Assembly (NCBI GenBank): GCA_020184695.1
Contig: JAANOX010000248.1
Location: 195,452-259,451, forward strand
DNA: 64,000 bases
DNA from: Histomonas meleagridis 2922-C6/04-290x
Taxonomy: Eukaryota; Protista; Parabasalia
Direction: 5' to 3'
The position numbers and the translations under genes were made by a program. This document shows positions 57,501 to 64,000 of the stretch, in pieces. Under the pieces are notes generated by a model. That model was given only the letters and a program-made list of their open reading frames with translations. It did no database searches and had not been told where the DNA came from. Position 1 is the stretch's first letter; the number at the start of each line of letters is the position of its first letter.

Positions 57501-57612
57501 GATATTTTAAAATAATATGTGGGAATTATTCAAATTATTTAAAACAGCGCTTATGCTTGCACCTGAAATAGTACGTAATAAAATAGTGAAAATGCTTATT
57601 AAACAAGAATGA
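54597..57612 (+). CDS. Interrupted ankyrin-repeat gene E: DUF3447-type domain + 11 spacer-separated repeats
   Basis: ORF runs to 55799; GTG 54597 aligns with the ATG of paralogue A. Units at 55838, 56008, 56180, 56350, 56520, 56690, 56860, 57031, 57201, 57371 and 57541; spacers 77,77,79,77,77,77,77,78,77,77,77 nt. Confidence 0.85.
55761..57540 (+). repeat. Ankyrin unit + spacer tandem array E
   Basis: ~170-bp period; includes an exact 123-bp duplication (56575-56697 = 57426-57548). Confidence 0.92.
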
Positions 57613-57883
57613 ATGTTATTAATGCTCATATTATTATATGAAATACCTTTTTTCAGAGTATGCGATTTAAATAAAAATATTTTTTTGTTCCAGGATGGTG
57701 AGTACCTTATGTGCAATTTAGATGGGTTCGCACATGGAAGGCGCTCTTCCTGCGATTATAAAATCCCATCCCACAACCCATCGTTACAAAAATACGATAA
57801 GTATTCAATTCCTTGGCCGGCCGATAAATGCTCTGAAAAACAGAAACCGTTAGAACAGAAAAAATGTCATTTAACTTGGTTAA

Positions 57884-58466
57884 ATGGAAACTCCTCCTAC
57901 AGTAATCAATCTCACTTTCATGAGTAAAGATGTCGTTGGCAAAACTGCAGTGGTAAAACGTATTGTTTTAGGTAAGTATATTGATGAATATGAACCTACC
58001 ATTCATGATGTTTTCGTAAAAAACATAGATTTTTATCATCAAAAATATAGGTTTAATATTACAGACACTTGTAGTTGTTGGGATTATAAAGAATATTGGA
58101 GTATTATAAAAAAAACTGATTGTTTCGTTCTTCTTTATGCAATTGATAATCATTTTTCATTTGATATGATTGACAAATTATGTTATGATTTAAAAGAGAT
58201 CAAAGATATTGATCATATTCAATTTCAATGTATCATTTGTGGAAATAAGTGTGACTTAAATGAAACAAAGAGAGGTCCCAAAAGAAGAAGCGAGAGCATT
58301 AGCAAATAAATTTGGAGCTATATTTTTGGAAGTATCCGCAAAAACAGGTGAAGGTGTTGATCAAATTCTGAAAGATGTTATAGCAAAATACTATCTAAAA
58401 GATGAAATAAAAATGCCACATCTACCAAAAGAGCCATCTACAAAGGAAATATGCCATATCTTTTAA
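57884..58466 (+). CDS. Divergent Ras-family small GTPase with one +1 frameshift near 58265
   Basis: VVGKTAVV, YEPTIHD, ITDT, ICGNKCDL; a second frame gives EVPKEEARALA.KFGAIFLEVSAKTGEGV...CHIF (CaaX). Confidence 0.7.
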
Positions 58467-59311
58467 AGGATAAATAAACTCTTTGATGCGTTATGGGAAC
58501 CTTAATGTTTGAGAAAACAAATGGATTTTTGTGTTTTTTGTTCTTTTGTTCTTGAAGTTCATCTTGTTTTTCACTTATCAACCACAGCCTCTAACATATC
58601 TTTCTTTATTTCTTCAGAAATTTAATGATATTTGACTCATTTCTAACGTTGTTTTGGTTCCTGGTCCTAAATGTTTTTCTTCTACATGGAGAGAACATGT
58701 ATCCATTTGATGTTGTTTCCTCACTTATAAATAATTTCATTATCAAGTGGAGCAATATAATCTTAGCTTATATTTATTGGCATCCATTTTAAAAAAAAAA
58801 TACCAGAAGTTCAATAGGACTTAGACTCGTTTTTAAAAATTTAATCTGATAGAAATTAACAAAAAATTTTGTAGAATTATAATATCAACATTTATACAGC
58901 TGTATTTTTAATATATTAGTCTTGTATGAATGTGTCCATTTAAGTCGGTTCCGGTTAAACGCACGATTTAATTCTGAACATTAATAATCAGAGTTAGTTT
59001 TTCTATTTTTTAATTTTTGATGAAAGTATGAATATTCAAACACATAAAAACACAAAGCACTTCCTCATGTTACTCATAAAATAAAAGCTTATTTTTCGAA
59101 AAACTCAGTTGCGAATGAAGGCATGAAATATTTTAATGAATGAAGTTCATCTTATAGATTGTCACATTAAAAACATTATGAATATAAAAGGAAAAGGCTG
59201 TCAGAGATATCACCTCAATCCAATTACTTACAAAATAAAGTTTGACGAATTCATTCGAGAAGAAGTTGCCAGCGGTTATTTGAACATGACCAATTTTACT
59301 TCAAAATTTTA

Positions 59312-60163
59312 ATGAAGCAAGTTTCCGAAAGCTGGAAAGACCCTGGAACAGGCAAAACATTACATTTTAATGAAGAGGGCATGTTTGTTGATGACGAAGG
59401 AAAAGGTCCTCAAAAAGGTTTTAAGAATGACAATCATTTTTGTGATTGGATCCATGATTATGTTCATAACAAAATGCTTGAAATGGGTTTAGTTATGGAA
59501 ATGTTTCATGAGGTTCCAATCTACAGGACAAAAGATGCTCTTAATTCCCCACAAAAACTTCTTGTTTTAATTTGTGGTGCAGGAAGAATTATGGCTGGGT
59601 TATGGTCTGTAGGCGTTTGCGCATACCATGGTCTTGCCGCAGGTTCAGTTCTTGAAGCACTTAAAGAAGGACAAAAACGTGGTATGGAAGCCATCATTTT
59701 AAATCCAAATTATGCAAGATCAAGATTTAACCATTGTAACAAAGTATTCGAAGAACTCATCATCCCAGGCAATCCAGAAAATGTATACATAATATGCCAT
59801 TCTATGGGTGGGGCAAGTACGACTGATATAATCTCACAAAACCCAGAATGGTGCATCGACCACGTACGCGCGATCGCAATGACTGATGGCTGCGAAGGAT
59901 ATGCAAAAGCAAGTGGATTCAAAGTTAACAAGTGGTGTCATGAAATCGGAATCAATTGGATCAGATCTGACAAAGAGATAAATCAAGAATTAGGAAGTGG
60001 TCCATCGACAATGCATAGATCAGCTGCTACAAATGATCACCCATTAACAACATGGAAAGCATTCCCTTACATATGGGAATTATTTGATCAGAAAGAAGCT
60101 GCTGGACCAGTCAACAAAGATGATTTCGTTGGAAAGGAAGAAGTTAAATCTGATTGGTGGTAA
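59312..60163 (+). CDS. FAM172/Arb2-like alpha/beta-hydrolase-fold protein
   Basis: KLLVLICGAG...AGLWS...C...GL..GS, IILNPN, YIICHSMGG, RAIAMTD. Confidence 0.75.
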   Translation: MKQVSESWKDPGTGKTLHFNEEGMFVDDEGKGPQKGFKNDNHFCDWIHDYVHNKMLEMGLVMEMFHEVPIYRTKDALNSPQKLLVLICGAGRIMAGLWSVGVCAYHGLAAGSVLEALKEGQKRGMEAIILNPNYARSRFNHCNKVFEELIIPGNPENVYIICHSMGGASTTDIISQNPEWCIDHVRAIAMTDGCEGYAKASGFKVNKWCHEIGINWIRSDKEINQELGSGPSTMHRSAATNDHPLTTWKAFPYIWELFDQKEAAGPVNKDDFVGKEEVKSDWW

Positions 60164-60622
60164 ACAAATTTAATGATTTTTTTGCTGATTATTTAATATG
60201 AAAAGTTTCAGTTCGCTTTGCTTTATAACTCTCGTGTGAAGCATTTCGTTTGGAATTAAATCTAAACAAAATGTGAAACCTTCGAACAAACGATAGAACT
60301 TTCAATAAAACAGTTGACTTTGGCAAAAATTATGATATCATTCATATGAAGCACATATAATATTACCATCTTCTCAATCTCAAAGACGAAGAAGACAATA
60401 CGTGGATCAATTTAAAAGAAAACGTTACCCATATACAAATAAGGAAAAAGTCATGACTTTGGCGAAGATAAATAAATTGATAAAATATTTTCCTGTTCGC
60501 TCCAGTTGTCAATAAAAAGAAAAAGATAACGTGAATTAACGTTAAACAAAATTGTATACATTTTATATTTAAATTGAAACAAAATTAAATTGAAAAATAA
60601 AATAGTGTCAATGGAAAATTGT

Positions 60623-62466
60623 TTAAGCGTAAATGCTTTCGACCCATGAAGCAAAGTCATAACCTCCATCGACTTCTTGGAGTTGTGACTTAAGGTATTC
60701 AACTTCCTCATCACTGAAGAAGCGTTGAAGTTGTGCCTCAGTAACGACTGGGTTATTTTGTGCGATAGCGCGGAATGCTTCAATTGTTGTGTCCTTGTTT
60801 TCAGCCTTAGAGAAGCGTTCGAGCATGAACTTGACATAGTTATCGAAGTCAAGTGTTTCAGCACCTCCAGTGTACTTGTTGATGATTTCTTTGCATTCAT
60901 CATCAGTAGCAGTTTCACCGAGAGCTGTTAAGCAAGCGTTCAATTCGTAGTATTGAAGTGTACCAGAGTTATCCTTATCGAATGTTTGGAATGTTTCACG
61001 GAATTCAGCGAGTTGTTCTTCTGTGATTTCGAGACCCTTAGCAGCAGCGATGGCGGCGTCGATTGAAGCAAGTATGTTAGCAACGTGTGAAGAAAGTGTT
61101 GTGAACATTGATTCGACTGAGTCTGGTGTTTGTTCTGCATCGAGTTGAAGGTCATATTTCTCGAGTTCAGCATATGGCTCATTAAGTTCTGAAACTGTTT
61201 GCTTCTTTTCTTCGATTTCGTTGTTGATTTCAACGAGTCTTGCACGCTTCTCTTCAAGTTCGCCTTGAAGGTTGGATGATTCTTCCATAACCTTTTGTGT
61301 CCATTCTGAGAATTCCTTGCATTTTGCATCATATGCATCAAGGAGTGCTTGTTGAACCTTACGGAGTTCATCACGGATTGACTTGACATATTGTGCAGCT
61401 GTGTTATCCATGTCGACGAGCTTGTCGTTGAGTGTTTCTGCTTCAAGACCTTCTGGATATGATGGTGCTGGACGATTGTTAGAGTTGCACTTGGTAAGGA
61501 GTTGTGACCAAACACGAAGTGCTTCTGCCTTTTGGTCGACAAGTCCTGGGCGGACACCACGGGAATAGTTAATAACTTCGATAAGCTTGTCCTTAACTTC
61601 TGGGACTGTACAACCATATTTCTTCTGATGTAACTTGGGCCTTTGTTGAATCAACAGCAGCGATAAATTCGTTGGCCTTTGCAACGTATTCGTCCTTAAG
61701 CGCGCTGATTTCCTTTTGGGTGGCCATAACATTCTTCAGCTTTTCGGCTTGTTGTTCCACCTTTGATTCTGAGGCAAAAGGAAGTGGAAGAATTCGGCAA
61801 CATTGTAACAACAGACTTTTCATCTGGTGTGATGTCAACGAGATCTTCTGGATCGAGGTAGACTGTAAGTCCGATTTCTTCGCATGCCTTGAAAGCTGTT
61901 GCGCAATTGTTTGTGTGATCGGATTTGTCGAGTGCATTGTAATCTAAAAGGTTTGGACGGAAACGATTGATTAATGCACAGAAGGCAAGACCTGATGACC
62001 ATGATGTTGTGAAGTTTGTAACGTTAACACCTTCATAACCTTGTGTGTTCTTTTGGGCACCAGATAAGAAGGGCTGCAACGTGCAGTAGCTTCTTCAACA
62101 GAGATATCTTCGATGGCGAACCTGTTGATGCAAGACCATGTAAGACCTAATGGGAGCTTTGGGTTCTTGTCAACGAGTTCATCTGCGCTGATGTTAACGA
62201 GCTTGATACCCTTCTTGTTGGTGATGTAATCAATGGCCATACCAACATTTTCGATCATGTGGTACCTGTTCTTGCATTCTTGGTGCCATTTGCCAGTGAT
62301 TGGTTCCTTGCCAATGATTTCGAGAAGTTGGATAAGCTTGACACCATCAGCGAATTCGTCAAGAACGCTTTCGAACTTGATTCCCTTAGTGGCAAGGTGT
62401 TTTGCGCACCAACGTGAAAGCACTTTTGATGTGGGTTCTTTCCCATCCTTTATCAAGAATAGTCAT
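60623..62466 (-). CDS. Alpha-actinin-like protein (CH-CH, coiled coil, EF-hand), broken by at least 4 frameshifts
   Basis: ATG 62466 MTILDKGWE, SRWC..HL, FADGVKLIQLLEII, ISADELVD.N.KL.LGL.WS.I.RF.IEDI, TNFTTSW.SGLAFCALI, DPEDL....PDEKSV.T, EFRETF..FDKD.SG.L. Inr TCACTT at 62473-78. Confidence 0.9.
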
Positions 62467-63514
62467 GATAAGAAGTGAGATGACATTTTTGTCCAATGTT
62501 AATTGTCCTGTGTTTCTGAGTAACCGTCACATCAAAAACGATAAACTTTTTCAAATGGAAAACAAAAATGATCTCTAAAAACAGGCGTTCAACAGTAGTA
62601 TAGTCTCTTTTTTATGTGGAAAAATATGTGTTTGGATTTATTGGCTTGTGCCTATCAATAAATGTTGTGTAATATTTCAGGAAATAAGAAATAAATGATT
62701 CAGAATATTTTATTTAGTGACATATTGATTTCGAGACATAATGATGTGTAAATGTTTATAAAAAGCATGCATATTAATTTTTATTATAAAATTAGAACTC
62801 TGATTCTTAAATATGAATTTTCTTGGCATGGATTTTGATCGTCTCAAAACATTGCACCAAAAATTTTTATACTTTCAAATTCGTTGTATTTATATCAAAA
62901 AGTTTACTAGAGAAGCAATATTTCTGTTCAAAAGTGTTCGTTTGCGATCATCTTCTGGGAGAGCGGAGCACGTTAATATATCATCCCCCTCAACTAAAAA
63001 TTAAACACTAAAAAATTCATAGTTAAATAAAAATAAATTTTGTTGTAAATTGTTTACATGTGTAAATTATGCGCTAGAAATGCCAATAATTAAGTAGCAC
63101 TTTATCTTTATATATTTCCATATACAAATATTTACTTTTTTTTTTAATTTTAATATACCATTTTTGTATATTGAATTTTAGTAAGTACGCATATCTCTTG
63201 ATTGGGTTTTCACATTTACTAAGTTTGAAATACCTAAATTATTTTTGATTAAGAATTTGGTAAAAATTATTAACCTTTTTATCAACAAGAATTACGATTA
63301 ATGATATCAAGTTTAAACATTGAAAGTGAAATAAAGTTCGGATAGATTATCATTAGCAATTAAATTTTGAAGATTTAGATAAATGATCAAAACCATTATA
63401 TGTTGAATTTTTTTTCTCGCTTGGAATGAATCAAAATGAAAATCAATTTTTTCTACATTATTTGAATAGTTTATATAAAATAAAATCTGGTCAAAAGCGT
63501 TAAAAAAGAGGAAA

Positions 63515-64000
63515 ATGGTGCTATTTCAAAATGATTTAAATACCGCAATGAACTACAAAGGAGTGCACCCAAATGTATCTCTTTTAGTGTCATTGGAAAA
63601 CAGTTCTGCAGAACATGATCAATTTTGGAAAAATGAATCTGTTTTATCTACATTACAATATAATTTTGTTGTTCTTCGTCTTTCAAAGGACCACAACGAA
63701 AACGAACTTAATCAGTTTCAGCTGATTTTTAATATTAAATCAATTCCTTCACTTGTCTATTTTGCACCAAATAATCCAGCTATTGCACATGTTTGGACTG
63801 ACTACCCAACACCAGAAATACTTTCTTCATTTTTTTCAACAATAGACCTTAATATTCAACTTAGAAACACCTCTCATTGGAAGATCGATCTCGGGTCACT
63901 GCAACAACTGGAACGAAGATGTAACTTCCATTGTCGCATATGGAAATATGTAAAACTTGTGTTTTCGTTTGTAAATCCACATAAGGCCGGATGCAGATGA
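63515..64000 (+). CDS. UAS/thioredoxin-like domain protein (UBXN4-like N-terminus), 3' truncated
   Basis: F..DL.TAM....W.N.SV......NFVVLRL......QF..IFNI.SIPSLVYF. Confidence 0.5.
   Translation: MVLFQNDLNTAMNYKGVHPNVSLLVSLENSSAEHDQFWKNESVLSTLQYNFVVLRLSKDHNENELNQFQLIFNIKSIPSLVYFAPNNPAIAHVWTDYPTPEILSSFFSTIDLNIQLRNTSHWKIDLGSLQQLERRCNFHCRIWKYVKLVFSFVNPHKAGCR

Noticed and set aside
11174-57540. Ankyrin arrays as CRISPR arrays
   Set aside because: The host is eukaryotic, the 'repeats' are divergent protein-coding units of 93 nt, the spacers are homologous to each other, and there are no cas genes.
11174-57540. Spacers as canonical GT-AG introns using the CAG in ACA-GCA
   Set aside because: About half begin with AT or TT, there is no ACTAAC branch point, and splicing to that AG would destroy the conserved Thr and the frame. 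One GGTAAG (11342) looks like a donor but is isolated.
11174-57540. Spacers as sequencing artefacts
   Set aside because: Regular 77-nt length, fixed position, internal motif conservation and occurrence on both strands cannot come from random indel errors.
58500-58790. Degenerate minus-strand coding-like segment
   Set aside because: Multiple stops in all frames and no identifiable family.
60623-62466. Programmed frameshifting in alpha-actinin
   Set aside because: Breaks are irregular single-base indels and local garbling (e.g. near 62070 and 62420) in a strongly codon-biased gene, with no common signal. Assembly error or a pseudogene copy is more likely.

Overview
AT-rich, gene-dense, nearly intronless eukaryotic DNA from a parabasalid (Trichomonas/Tritrichomonas/Histomonas group). 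The assignment rests on the actin and enolase sequences, BspA and DUF3447-ankyrin families, Inr/M3/M5 core-promoter motifs and a 23-nt GT-AG intron in Rab1. Housekeeping genes include an AP mu subunit, XRN1, HRD1-like E3, RPS30, AC19, a CRIB-STE20 kinase, epsilon-tubulin, Dbf4-like, INCENP-like, cyclin B, WDR33, MO25, importin-beta-like, Rab1, actin, two PDI-like proteins, aminopeptidase P, Bud32, FAM172/Arb2 and alpha-actinin. Also present: tRNA-Val(AAC), a 1.3-kb DD34D mariner, an enolase pseudogene and two BspA genes. The standout is four ankyrin-repeat genes (9950-12877 +, 29335-32367 -, 43583-46369 +, 54597-57612 +). In these, stop-free ~31-codon repeats are separated at the same site (the beta-hairpin tip) by AT-rich spacers, 45 in total and mostly 77 nt. 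The spacers shift frame and/or contain stops, lack GT-AG/ACTAAC intron signals, and usually carry a TTYCAAA-N6-TTTGGAA hairpin. Most have a codon near the 5' end that matches an in-frame codon just before the next repeat, with co-varying cases (TCA/TCA, ATA/ATA twice, GAT/GAT, TAT/TAT). This resembles programmed translational bypassing (ribosome hopping), or alternatively non-canonical RNA/DNA excision. The mechanism is inference and needs RNA-seq, Ribo-seq and proteomics. Scattered single-base frameshifts in alpha-actinin, one BspA and a Ras-like gene suggest local assembly indel errors.
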